From Paraphysomonas bandaiensis (Eukaryota > Protista > Chrysophyceae), in contig CBFFRP010000440.1 in the NCBI GenBank assembly GCA_965644295.1, positions 11,032 to 75,031 on the forward strand: a stretch of 64,000 nt of DNA, in the 5' to 3' direction. Both the position numbers and the translations under genes were made by a program. Positions 1 through 12,397 of the stretch are shown one piece after another (within the stretch, counting starts at the first letter, position 1; every line of letters begins with the position of its first letter). Below the pieces are notes generated by a model that was given only the letters and a program-made list of their open reading frames with translations, ran no database searches and was not told the DNA's origin.

Positions 1-2259
1 GTGGGGTTCATCTGCCGTAGTTGACGTCGAGCTCTCAGTGACAAGGAGACTGCAATTACTTCCCTCTGTTCCTGTTGCTCTCTTTGCTCATGTAGCATAG
101 ATGGTACAGTTGACGGTTCAGAAGTCCAGATGATGTTGGTGCTCTGTCTGGAGGTCTGGTGTTGTAGAAAACAGGATAGCCGCTCCTGAGTTCGTGTTAG
201 AGCGTGCATGATGGAGGTGGGGATATTTGTTGCATTTAGTATGTGAAACCCATGCTGGCTGCGTATGATGTCATGGGTTACCACAGTGTTGGTAGAAGCG
301 TGCACTGTTAGTGCCTGTCTGGAGAATGGTGATAGCTGTGCCCAACCAGGCGCCAGGTGCGGTTGACCAGCGTCCCATAGTCTGCATGGTATGGAGAGAA
401 GATCGAGTAGCAGTTGGAAATCCTCCGTGTCTAGATGTAGTCCTGTGTGTGGATTCGAGGATTCATATTGCATAAGTGTCTTACGGAGAGTGACAGTGGC
501 TGTTGAGGGAATACCCTTTGTCAGGCAAAGGGTCCGCACATGCCTAGATACAACATGAGTGGAGTCTGCCCAGGGTTTGTTGCCATTCGCGAGATGCTGG
601 GCAACTAGTAGGGCGCTGTGCGTGGTGTCCAATTTGTGCTCTGGTAGCGTGAATGATATCATGAGATCATAGTTGTCCGTCCTGGAAGCCTTGGCTATGA
701 ATCCTTCCCATATGTCTAAACAGGCAGGGGATAGCATGTGTGCGTATATTTCTTTTAAAAGGTTTCCCTGTGGGGAGGCAGCAATAGTTTGGGTTTCATC
801 ATATCTAACCCAGTTGTTCAGCAGATCGGAGTGAAAGGGCGTGTGACCCCGGCCCTCTGTGTAGTGTAGGGGGTATGTGGCAATATCCTTGGGCAGTACA
901 TCCGGCCTGAGGTCAGGAGTGGTAGTGGAGAGTGAGGATGGGCCGTCTGGGGCTAATGCTGGAGTTCCCATGGTGTTCAGTTGAGTAAGGTTGGTGGTAG
1001 GTGGCTTCCGTTTGACTGGGAAATAGTCAAATAACGTTGCATACGGTGTGGTGGCATCCTTAGTGGGTAAGGGTAATGTGTGGGTGGATTTGCTAGGTCC
1101 GTCACCGCTGTTATCGGAGGAGAATTCCTTCCCCTGAAGGGCGTGGGAGGGATGGTTGATGGACCTGGCACGGTGGACTCCTTGCATTCCCTTGGAATGA
1201 CATTGCAACACATTTTGGAGACGCATGATGACGAGGTCAGGAATTCTCTCGAGTAGCGCGTGTAGTTCCAACTCCACCGGGTATTTGGTGTCCAGGAAGA
1301 AGTGATCGTTGGAGCAAAACACATCATAAGATGGAAGGAATTGAGTTTGTGGAAGGAAGGAGGAATAGTGGGTGGACCAGTACGCCCAGTAAGGGAGAGG
1401 CGATAGTTTGTCTGGGGGTTTTCTAGGAGGAGGTAGAGTGTACTGTGTGTGTGTATGACACTGCAGTGGTGTTATGAGTGTGTTGGACAGTGAGAGAGAG
1501 CTGGTGATGTGTCCAACAGTACAGGTAGACAGGTACATGGACATGGTGATGTGTCCAACAGTACAGGTAGACAGGTACATGGACATGGTGATGTGTCCAA
1601 CAGCAGTAGAGGTATACACGGAATGGTATACATCCTGTAGGACACAGTAGTACAGTAGTCGAGTATACCGTATGCGGAATACAGTGTCTATCCAATGAGA
1701 TGGATGGGCTGTGGGGGTGATAGGTGAACAGGGTGAGGGGGTAGCCTGCTGGGTGCATAGACCACAGACAAACCATGTTGGGTTGGGTTGAGTGGGCGGC
1801 AGAAGGCAGCCCTGTTGCACAGTTGAGAGGGATCGAGAGTATTCAGTGATTGCATAGGGGGTCCATGGGGGTCGTTTTCGTGAGCCTGCTCGCACGAGCC
1901 ATGTTCTGAGAGGTTGTAGCCGTAGAAAGCGATGGGTGAGACGAAGTTGTCTGCTGAGGGGATAGCACGTAGGTGCGGTCAGCGCTGCATTGGTGCAGGC
2001 ACGTGGTTTAACTGAAGTAGTTGAGTAGGGTGAAGGTTGCAAGGCCAGGCAGGGGGGCTTGGAGCGTGTACAACATGGTGTGACAGGTAATTTGTCAGAA
2101 GCGTGGTGGTCAACAAAATGCAGCAGTAAGGGAGTGTAAAAGGCCCTGGGCACACTGATGTGACTCAGCCACAGTCTCAATAGAGACATTGGGCTTGGAG
2201 CTGGTTAATAGAGTGAAACTTTATGTTGGACTGTATTTGCCATCGTAGGGCAGAGAATT
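1..2259 (-). mobile_element. 5' part of a probable non-LTR retrotransposon with one long ORF (ATG 2189, open past position 1)
   Basis: Manual translation finds no stop from 2189 to the window edge (729 codons: MSLLRLWLSH...TLPPPRKPPDKLSP...MGTPALAPDG...RQMNP). C/A-rich coding strand, no introns. 1603-2259 is duplicated at 12398-13054, and ~1395-1500 is homologous to ~34770-34880. Confidence 0.6.
1502..1603. repeat. 42-bp tandem repeat (~2.4 copies), in frame within the retroelement ORF
   Basis: Unit tggtgatgtgtccaacagtacaggtagacaggtacatggaca; encodes VGHITMSMYLSTCT on the minus strand. Confidence 0.9.
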
Positions 2260-2313
2260 TTTATGAATTACTAACAAGCATTAAAGCATAGAGCTCTATA
2301 TAATATTTTCTAA

Positions 2314-3492
2314 CATTTTGTCTCAAAAAAGCTTTTTTGACCTGATTTGGGCTCAACAGAACGCTCATATCAGCACCGGACAAATATAGACATTCCATTG
2401 CATTTAACTTCGATATTCGGTTTACCAGAAGCTCACTTCTATCTTAATTATGATATTGACAGTCATATGTATGTGCTTTTATTATATTACACTAGAGAAA
2501 CCACAATGATGACATAAATCATTAGACACTTCAAGTTATACTCCACCCTTCGTCTCTTCGTCTGACGATGTGGAAGATCATAATGATGTCAGTGCAAGCG
2601 ATCTATCTTCATAGCCAGGGCTTTGAAACAACTTCAAGTATATTTCAGGTGAGTTTAAGTGCCTTATCTGATGCTGTATAGGTGGTAAATGGCAGGAATC
2701 CAGTTCTTTCAGTGTTCGGGTTACATTGTGCTTATGAGAGGATATTGTGTGCCTCACATCATTTAATCAGGTGCATTAGCAGAGGTTAAGCGTATTGTAT
2801 ATAAATGTATGTGATGATGATGCTAATTAAGCAATAAGAAGCCTTTTGTGCGACTACAACTGATCACATTCATCATCACATTTATGTACGAATTTTAACA
2901 ACTCGCAGTTGCTATTTCATCAGTATCCTTCTGTGGTAGGAGTGCAGTTGTTGTAGCTATTATATATATAGAAATTTGGGGTTTTTGTTATAAATAGAAA
3001 ATTGCTATTCCCAAAGCATACACAGTCAGTATACATATATACCATTCATTTGAAACAATACAAATTCCCGTTTGTTTTCTTAATGTTAATCAGGAAACAC
3101 CTATTTCTTATTACAGCAAGCAAGCTACTAATAGCTATACAATCTAATATTATTAAGTTCTCAACATCATAAGAATAAGCTACAATTTATCTAGAAGAAG
3201 TAAACAATGTGCAAACGTGGGAAATTTAAAAAATTTGGGAAAATCTAGTAGATTTTACTAGACTTTTAAGAATTGTTGTAGAATGGCTCTAAAAGTGCTT
3301 GAATGCAATAGTACAGTGTGAATATTAGTTTTATTAATATTTAGGTCTTATAGGACACACCAACAGCACGTTTCCTTTTACCAGTAACTATTCCTTAAGG
3401 GATAAGGAGTATTGTCCCTTGTCTAAATTTTAAAACTCTGGCTTTTCGCCCTCGTTTCAAAATTTTGAGCGCGGGACGATATAGCCTCCTTT
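2314..3492 (+). repeat. Dispersed ~1.2-kb repeat, copy 1 (probable non-autonomous DNA transposon)
   Basis: Collinear with 55861-57160, from cattttgtctcaaaaaa to gcgcgggacgatatagcctccttt. Partial inverted copy at ~18240-18627. Confidence 0.85.
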
Positions 3493-4057
3493 CTCTTTAT
3501 TGCCCGTGGATAAATATAACTATATATGGACGACAGAAGAGTGATCACGCTTCCAGTTCTTCAGTGTGATGTGTGATGCGATATATAATTGAAGTGAGTT
3601 AATAGAGTGCAATTAGTGAAATCAACTCATTGGTGTGACGGGTGATTGTAATTACAAAGTGAAGTAAATTCAGTTACTGATGTGTGACTATAGAACATTA
3701 TAAGATATAGGAGAAACTGGTGAACATATATATGATAAACATATGTCTCTGCGAAGTATATACTGCAACCAATACAGCTGGACTACGCGACCATATAAGT
3801 TTGCTTTAACTTTATAGCAGATCTCAAAGACAGCAGATCATAGTCTGACGTCATCATTATCAGCAGCCCAGTCATATCAATCTTCGCAATAGCGTAGCTA
3901 GTTTGTTTGTAAAATCTTGCGGCTGAAGGACAAACAGAAAATGTCAACAACTATTCGAATTCTGCGTTCTACGTTCAGAAAATTAAGTTCAAATGCATCG
4001 ACATCGCCTATATGTATTATATTTTAATTATTAGCTCATTGTAATAAATACGATACT

Positions 4058-7000
4058 CTATGATGGAAGAAGAGTCTGAATCTTTGAGTGTACTTCACAT
4101 AAGTGATCAACATACGACATGCACCCTGTAGCCACAAATCAAAATCACATAAACAGTAAATCAATTCAAACAAACCATATATGGAGTCTTCTATCAAGCG
4201 AATACCAAACCGCAACACATCAGCTGAGTTGGAATTTAACTCTCCTCCCCAAACAATCTTCAACTCTACATAAAGAACACGGTGAATACGCAATAACATT
4301 TGATGGTAGAATGAATTGAACCTGGAGGGTAGGAACTATCCTCCCTTGCACACTGCACTATGTTATGGACTCGCAGAGAACGCTCCGAACGTGGAAGAAG
4401 GGCAGGTGGAATACTTCCGCTACTGTTGCATCTCATATTCCCTCGTCTAGAATCTGAGGCTGCGGAGGTGAAGGAACTAGCGCGGGAAAGGCAATCGCTC
4501 TCGACCACCTGATATTCTTTTCTATCAGCAGGAGGGATGGGGGAGGCATTGCTTGCAGGGGGAGAACTCCCAGGATTTGCGCCAAGGAGCTCACGAACTA
4601 TGTCCTGACTTGCACACCGACCAATATAGAGCCATAGAAACTCTCCATCATCCAGTAGATAGACACCTTCAGAGTCTATACTCTCAGCAGAACACTTCTT
4701 CCAGTCTGGCATCTGAATCTGTGACCCCTATACTCATGGCACGACACAATCATACTGTGATTACAACAAATGTAAATGGAGCGTACCTCCTCATCTCTAG
4801 TTGCATCAGGGATTACTTGGTACCCATCCCCCTCCTGAAGTGAATGCAGCGCGTAGAGCCTCGGATAGAGGCTGCGTACAGTCTCGCGCACAGACATTCG
4901 TAACATTGAAGTCAATTGGTAAGCACGTTCGCAGCACCCCGTACCCAACTTGTCAGACTGCCCCCCTGGTAGCCCAGCGCCACCTCTGTTCACAGCACTG
5001 TTGTGGAGTAGCATTGGATGCTTAAGCAAACTCAAAACATACAGCGGGAGCACTTTAAGAGCCTCGGGAAGGATCAGCTGGCCTTTTGGAGAGTGGGAGG
5101 AGCAGAGCACACGATACTTGAGCAATATATCAATGCACATATCCAGCAGACGTTGTCTGACGTTTTTCACGTTTCTGCTCCCGTTCGGTGTGTATGCATT
5201 GGCGGCTACTTTATCTGATGATAGTGGATACCGCAAAGCGCTGTCTGCAGCACATTTGCACATGTACGTTATCAGACAATCACAATCCGCATGTCGAAAG
5301 ATGACCACAGGATCTGTGGATGTATGAACCACTAAAGTGTGCACTCGCACAATGCGCTGCGCGGCGGGCTGAGACGTATAGAGCACAGCTAGTTGTAAAC
5401 AAAGTGGGTCACCATCCTTGAGAGAGCTTGAATTAGCTTGCAATAATAGACAGCAAGTTTGGTTGCGGTCCACACCACTGAGAATCACTTCCCCATCCTC
5501 AGGAATATAGCGGCCATCACCGTAATATTCACTCACTCTAAAACCCGCAGAGCATCGCAGCTTCATCACTGCCTCCGACCCGACAACACTCTGCACCGCG
5601 CCCAGCAATTGCTGTTTACATCATAAAGAGCTGCTGTAAAAAATACAAAATACTTACCGCTTGAAGTCTGTTTGCATTATCTTCCAGATGCAATGAGCCG
5701 GAAAATAAATGTAATACGCCTCCTGATGACCGGCAGATCTCTGCAAAGATTGCGCTGTTATCTGGGCTCGCGCGTCGTTGTTGCGTCATCAAATGAGCAG
5801 ATGAGGTTCCAGAAGGTCTTTCGGTCGATATATATTCCTCCTGCATCTCTGCGCTCAGACATGGTACGAAGAAGAAAATATCTACGCATGTGCCTTGATT
5901 GCTGAAAGTTTGCCCCAGGTCAATGTAACTCTGTAACGTCGCACGTTCCTCAGGTGAGAGATTCTTTTCTTGCTCTAATACACTCTCCAGGGAACCATAG
6001 TAACTATGCTCCTCAGGCGTACCGTATGTCGACAGCTTTGGCTTTCTTTTAATCTTTCCGAAACCTGGTTAGTATAGACATCGTGATAAATTATCCCATG
6101 AAATTTGCATCATACGTACCTATATCTGGGTTACTATCCGTCAGCAACAGCACACGGCCCCCTATCCCCTCCAGAGCCAGTTGTACTGCCTTGAGCGCTG
6201 CCGTTGGGCAAGAGTACGACAACATGTGACGACTACTATCCAGAGCTGCGGTGGAAGCTACACGTCTGCTGCCTGGCGAGTGACCCCCAGACAGAGGAAG
6301 TCGGGGGCCACGGGAGTTTAGAGGTGGGGCGGAAGCATCGGAACAGGAATCAACTAGTTCCGGGATGCGATCCAAAAGGATGTCAATGTCATCCATCTGC
6401 TCGCACAAATTCATTAGCCAGCTGGAAGGTGGAATGGCTGGAAAGGGGTCTTCCGGGTCTACCACGAACATACCTATACAGTATAAGGGATACATGGAAA
6501 GCGACAAAGAACATACTTATTGGTTCTGGGGCACCTCGTCTGACCCAATAGAACTGAAGTTGACTGCTAAATGTAAAAATTCCAACACGAATTAGTTCTG
6601 CTTCAACAGGACTGCCTTCGTCTTCCACTACAGTAGCTCCCTACATACATGTATTATGAATAATGATCCACATTACTGTTCCAAAGAAACTGTACCTCAT
6701 TGAGATCACTGAGTGGGTCGGTAGAGGGTGAAACCGAGCGGTCGGAAGTGGCCCACATAAATAGCTCCTGCAATGTGTGACGTACAGCATCCAGACTGGC
6801 AGATGCTGCTCCTGAAGCAAGAGCACGAGGAGAGACATCGATGCAGAATACATAAACTGGTTCCTGTGGGTCCTTAAGGCAATAATCTTTCGAGACTCTA
6901 AAGTCCACTGACCCACAGCATAGCTCAAATTTCGAATACCTATCAACTCGTTGAGAGGCTCCATCTAAAGAAGAGTAGTACCATGGTGCGGTCGTGTTAG

Positions 7001-8330
7001 TAGCAAAGCAGAGGTTACAGACCCACTTGTTCCCACCCTCCGTCCATGTTACATGTGGATTGATGTATGCACGACATCTCTCACATCTGACGGGGTTTCC
7101 ATCGTCACTACCATATTCCAAGCAGTCCACAAGTGGAACCTCACATTCTCCGCTCTCTGGTAGCGCAAAAGGGGTAGCAACCACAGCAAGGGGTAACATC
7201 ACCCTGGATGCGGTGGACCGGTCGGAAGGTGGCGCAACGGTGGACACCCGCATATATCTAGGGCCAGCATTGCCAGTGTCCACCGCTGTAAAGTTAGCAG
7301 TGGCTGAAGGAGGCACTCTCCGCGTTCCAAGTGAAGGGCGAGTATGATACAAGGATGGTGGTCCTCTTGTTGGAGGGCGAGGTCGGGGCATTTGGTTGAC
7401 ATCGATCCTTGAGCGGGGTGGGCTTCTGGATTTTTTCTTCGGTACCCCCACACCGCCCATGGCTGCACCTCCATCACGTTGAGCTCGCCGCATAGATGGA
7501 CTGTTGCACGTCCCTACTCCCTCCACATTTCTTGACCATTGGGGAGATTTAGAACGAGATCGAGAAATAGGAGGGCCTACCGTAGGCGGACCTAATTCTC
7601 TGCCCCGCTGTGTTTCAGAAGTTTGAGCACGCATCTTGGGTGCAGGTAAGGTGTGATTTGCCGGTGGTGGAGGGACACTATGAAATTCTGCCGCTGAAGA
7701 ATTGAGAACACTACCATACTCTGGACGGGTCTGCTGAAAAGGTTGATAGGCCTGATATTGGTTTTGCTGAACTGGTGGAGGAGGGATAGAAGGTGGTGGG
7801 AATGTGGGGGGAGGAGCCCCACTTTGCGGAGGAGGAGGGGCCAAATTCAGTGAAGGGGACTGGCTGATTGTACTGCTGTTCATAACTCCTGCTGCGGTGT
7901 TCGCCGTCTGAGATGGTGGAGATGCCACAGTAGCAGACGATGGCGGAGGCTGAATGGACGTCTGACTCGCCGGAAGGCGTGGAAACCGAGGATCCACAGA
8001 TCCAGGTGGACTATTGTCACGACTACTTGGAGTAATTGGAACTGCAAAGGGTTCATTTGGAGGGCTACTACTGAGTGATGGAGGGCTGTAGTCAGCCGGT
8101 CCGCTCTGTGATCGCTGTATCGGACCTCTGCTGTGACTCGGAGACGTAAACGACGGCAATTTCTTCAAACTCTTCGGTTCTGTGCTGCTCCCTCTATTGG
8201 TCCGAGGTGTGGAGAAACTGTTACCAGTCATAGACGACCCCTGTCTATTTAATACTTTAGGGTTATCACTAACTGGAGTCGTCACACTGCTGAACGACGC
8301 CGCTTTCTTTCTCTCGGGTGTTGTTGCCAT
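4058..8330 (-). CDS. SEC24: COPII coat subunit Sec24 (multi-exon)
   Basis: Pro/Ser-rich N-terminus, zinc finger CERCRAYINP...WVCNLC, trunk VYVFCIDVS, beta-sandwich AVMKLRCSAG...QLAVLYTS...RIVRVHT, helical QLILPEALKVLPLYVLSLLK, gelsolin-like GVYLLDDGEFLWLYIG, last exon MSYVDHLCEVHSKIQTLLPS* (stop 4058-4060). First ATG at 8330. Confidence 0.95.
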
Positions 8331-8884
8331 GCCTCTTGTGTTCAATACACGTAGCTGGCGTGCAGTGAATACACCCGATAGATGAAGGGGACGATGATGT
8401 TAAGGGATGACTAATAAAGAGATCACTGCGACCGACTGTCTCTCGCCTCTTGAAATGAAGCAATGAGGTACTGCTGTGTGTGTCTACAGCAGTACGGAGT
8501 ACTTCTCTATACACACACGTACTGCGGTACTTGTACAGCCTACAGACATCTAGACATTGTCGGTGTGCACTATACATACACCAGTACACACAATATAGTG
8601 TATAAAACCCGTATATCCTAACGAATATCTGTGTATTTGTGTATTCCAGGAGGCAGGTACAGTATTTCATAGTATTTCATGGTTGTGCAAACAACAAGCA
8701 TACAGGAACTTCTGCATGTATTCCTGCAATATTCTTCTCTGTATTCGTATGGTATACTGCTGTATATTGTACTGTGGTTTTAGTTGTGCTGTATGTGCGT
8801 CTGTGCATTGAGTTTATTTATTGGCTTGTGAACTGAAGCAGTCAGCCATAACTTCATCTCTGCTATTGACTCTCACCCTCCTAT

Positions 8885-10263
8885 ATGGTTCAATTGTTCC
8901 TAGTAGGCGTGGGACCTAGCAGGTCCCTCTGTGTGGAGGATTCATGCAGTGTTGAGGACTTTCACTCTATTGTTTCCAGCAGCCTTCAAATCCCTCGTGA
9001 GGGTTTTTATCTTTCGTCTTTGGGAGGAACTCGATGTTTTTCTTCTGGTTTGATAGGAGAAAATATTCAAGATGGTTCATCCGTGCAGGTGAAGCTGAGG
9101 GTCAGAGGAGGTATTGACTTTCAGCATCGAGAGGGGTCGAAAATAGGATCAGGCGGACACCTATCGGAGTCTCAGGCTGCATTGGAACGTAAAGAGCGCC
9201 TGAGAAAAATTGCACTCGAAACCATAGATATTACGAAGGATCCGTACATTATGAGGAATCACTTGGGTACATATGAATGCAAATTATGTTTGACACTACA
9301 CAGCAATGAAGGGAACTATCTTGCTCATACACAAGGAAAGAGGCACCAGGTATGCAAGATATGACATACTCATATACACTTCAGTTTCATTACACTGTTT
9401 TTATCATTTGAGTGCCTCAGATTGAAAGTTTGTTTTACTAGAATACCTTATTGATGCATCGATTATTTGCACACATCTTGTAGTCATGGTGTCTGTGTGT
9501 ATAGTCTAATCTTGCTCGACGAGCGGCGATGGAAGCTCGCAACGCTCCGTCGAAGCCCATAACATCTACTGGGGAGACCACAGTAAAACACACGATACGC
9601 ATTGGCCGGCCCGGGTACAAGGTAAGTTGTCTACATTATTTCATCTACACACCTTTACTATGTGTACTGATTTTCAAGCTTCTATTTGTATGCTGGGATT
9701 TGATTACACTTCTGCCGTATAAATATCTATCCATGCATAATATGCATTGACTAGCCGAGTACATATGCGTAAATGTTTCACTTCTGTAATATTTAGGTCA
9801 CGAAGAGTAGAGACATGCTGACGCGGCAGAGATCTCTTACTTTTGAGGTTGATTACCCGCAGACAGAAGAAGGAGTTCAACCTCGACACAGATTCATGAG
9901 TGCGTATGAGCAGAAAGTCGAAGCCCCTGATAAAAACTACCAATATGTTCTTTTTGCTTGCGATCCGTACGAAACTATCGCATTCAAGGTAGCCGCAATC
10001 AGCATTTTTGTGTGCATCGTGTTTATTATATATGGAATCACATTTGTCCTCAATATTTTAATAGTTTATTGTTTAACTGGTTTACCTTCTAGATCCCTAA
10101 TGTCCCTGTGGATAAGAGCGAAGGACGGTTTTTTACAAACTGGGATGCGAAGAACAGAAAATTTATCCTACAACTCTATTTTCTGGAAAAGGAGCAGCAA
10201 GCAGAAATGGGCCAGAAAAGCTCTGCTCCCCCGCCTCCTAGACCTGTTCTCAGATACAACTAG
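8885..10263 (+). CDS. SF3A2: Splicing factor 3A subunit 2 (Prp11/SF3a66) with a 76-aa N-terminal ubiquitin-like leader. Exons 8885-9349, 9505-9621, 9797-9988, 10093-10263
   Basis: DFQHREGSKIGSGG, ERLRKIALETIDITKDPYIMRNHLGTYECKLCLTLHSNEGNYLAHTQGKRHQ (U1C-type zinc finger), IGRPGYKVTK, PRHRFMSAYEQKVE, ACDPYETIAFKIP. GT-AG introns preserve the frame. Confidence 0.97.
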
Positions 10264-10779
10264 TCTACTACCTGAATTCTTGGCTTGATAGCAGATACAT
10301 GTCTAGTATTTTGGAACCTAGCAGAGTGTGGTGTTTGGTATCGTGCAGTTGAGAGCAGAGATAAGAGCAGATCGCATGTGTTGATACGGTCACAATGGCA
10401 CGTGCTCTTTCTTGCAGTAAATTAATATATATTGTCATTGCTGAATCTTTTTGTGATATTTCCTCGTAGCGACACAACGCGAAACACTTTTGGTTTTAGT
10501 CGTTTGTTTTGTGTGTGTTAACATGAATTCATCAGATAAGTACCATGTGATAATATATCTATTATATCCTTTATCCTTTCCATAGCTATTTCATGTGATT
10601 CCTACGAGATCAATAAGGACTACACGACTACACGATTAATATCTACCTCATGTGAGGAAAAAAAATACAAATATAGGACTGATGGATTTTATTATTTTAA
10701 TGGAGCACTGACCTCTGTACACTAGGTACCTCAGTATATATATTTTGTAAGGGGGATATCTTACAAAATCGAGCGCAAT

Positions 10780-11000
10780 GCTTACATCTTCAGTGTCTAC
10801 AACTGTCCGCGGCTGCGGGACAATAGACGCTCTCTTGGCCATACTCTCTAGCCGTTGTCGTAAGCACCCAAGGGGCCACATCGACTCCCCCCAGACCGCG
10901 TCAAAAACGTGGCAGCACATGATTGAAACATAGCAACACACAGCGGAAAACCGCACATACAGCTTTCGTAGCGTTACATGATATATATAGTAGACTATGA
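10780..11000 (+). mobile_element. 3' fragment of a non-LTR retrotransposon
   Basis: ggggccacatcgactccccccagac (HRLPPD) closely matches the end of the LINE relic at ~44900-44930. Followed by gcggaaaaccgcacatacagctttcgtagcgtta, which resembles the short-retroposon 3' tail. Confidence 0.55.
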
Positions 11001-11199
11001 GAAGTTACAGGTAGAAGTTTATCTAGCGTGACTAGTTTTTATCTAGTAAATTATCAGGTGCGGATTCTTGACATCTATATTGCTAATAATAAGCTTTTCA
11101 TATATATAGGAAAGTCTGATTATTACATGAAAACGGTTGTGTACAGAAACTAGTTTATATCTATAGACTAACTACAGTAATAACTAGATTTGCTAAATA

Positions 11200-11760
11200 C
11201 TACTAGTGGCAGGCAGCCGTCTCGGGACTGCTTGTGCATCGCTGCGAGCACTATGGTGCAACCGTCCCTGTTGTAGTGATGTTAGTCGGGGGGTCTACCT
11301 TTGGGCAATGTGTCTGGCGGGCCTGTGCCATGGGTTATGTGAGGGGTGGATGGGGCGAGATGTATATGAGAGTGTAAGTCGGTGGTGGAGATGGTGCTAG
11401 TTGTCGAGGTGGGGTTTCGGCCACAACTAGGAGGAGTTGTTTCCGGAGCGGTTGCGCTTGCCTCTGGGTTCGGACTCTTGCAGAGAGTGTAGTTCTTGGG
11501 GTGGATGTCGCCTGGAGTATTTTTGGTGTCGGGTGAGTATCCTGGGACTGGCGTTGCTGTGAGTGTGTCGGTGTCGTGACCGGTGTTACTGGTGCCGTGT
11601 CTGCGTTGTGGTGTCTGAGTCCCCTATTTCGAAGCATGAGGAGCCCTCCATTATATAGGGGGAGCAGGATAGAGGTGATGGATTTTTCGAGGGCGTGGAA
11701 CTGATGTTCGAGCAGTGAGCTGGATATGTGGCGTCCGATTTCATATATATAGCCGTACAT
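11200..11760 (-). mobile_element. 3' fragment of a non-LTR retrotransposon (ORF end plus 3' UTR)
   Basis: SITSILLPLYNGGLLML resembles AVVTLLQPHYAAAKQML of the 44 kb relic. ORF ends GPPDTLPKGRPPD*, followed by ggttgcaccatagtgctcgcagcgatgcacaagcag. Confidence 0.6.
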
Positions 11761-12229
11761 CACTTGTGAAATATATGTGTATATTATATATATATCTTAC
11801 AATCATGTAAGTGCTACAGTGCTACTAATCACTATGTTACAGGCATCGCATTCTATGTATGGTTTTCGAGAGGTCCCTTACAAAATCAATTACAAACCCT
11901 ATATATATCGCTTGCGAGGTATGTGTAATACATTTATATCTCTCTACATTACATCATAATAATATCGACATTGATTTATCCACATGTCGTGATCAATCAG
12001 GCCAGCAAGGACTTGCGGCCGGCCTCGCCAAGCAGCGAGGACCGTCATCTATGATGAACCCGTAAATGTACTAGAACTGGAAGAATACGTACGTGCGCTA
12101 CCCACAGTACCTGAATGGTATGTGCGTATATTTGGAGTTACTGATGTTTTTACGAATGGACCGCTGCCTCTGGAATAAAATGACAGTTGAGATAGTTATA
12201 AGTTATATTATTATATTTGGCAGCTAATG

Positions 12230-12334
12230 TAGCTTAGTGTTAAATAATTGCAATAATGAAATTGGGAGACAGCAAGTAATAATTGCAATTATAATTGACT
12301 ACAACCTGCGTCAATTAATTGATACGCAGCCCTG
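12230..12334. mobile_element. hAT-like MITE end
   Basis: caattaattgatacgcagccctg (12312-12334) matches 17569-17591 and is the inverted counterpart of cagggctgtgtaacaattaattg at 33794-33816. Confidence 0.55.
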
Positions 12335-12397
12335 ATGTGCGTGGGTTACCTAACTACAAGAATAAAGAAATTATTTTCGATGTCAGTATCTGTTAGG

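Noticed and set aside
1502-1603. Tandem repeats as a CRISPR-like array
   Set aside because: No unique spacers, eukaryotic context, no cas genes. The same applies to the 14-, 19- and 39-bp repeats.
7300-8330. Long Pro/Ser-rich N-terminus of Sec24 as a novel domain
   Set aside because: Low-complexity N-terminal extensions are normal for Sec24.
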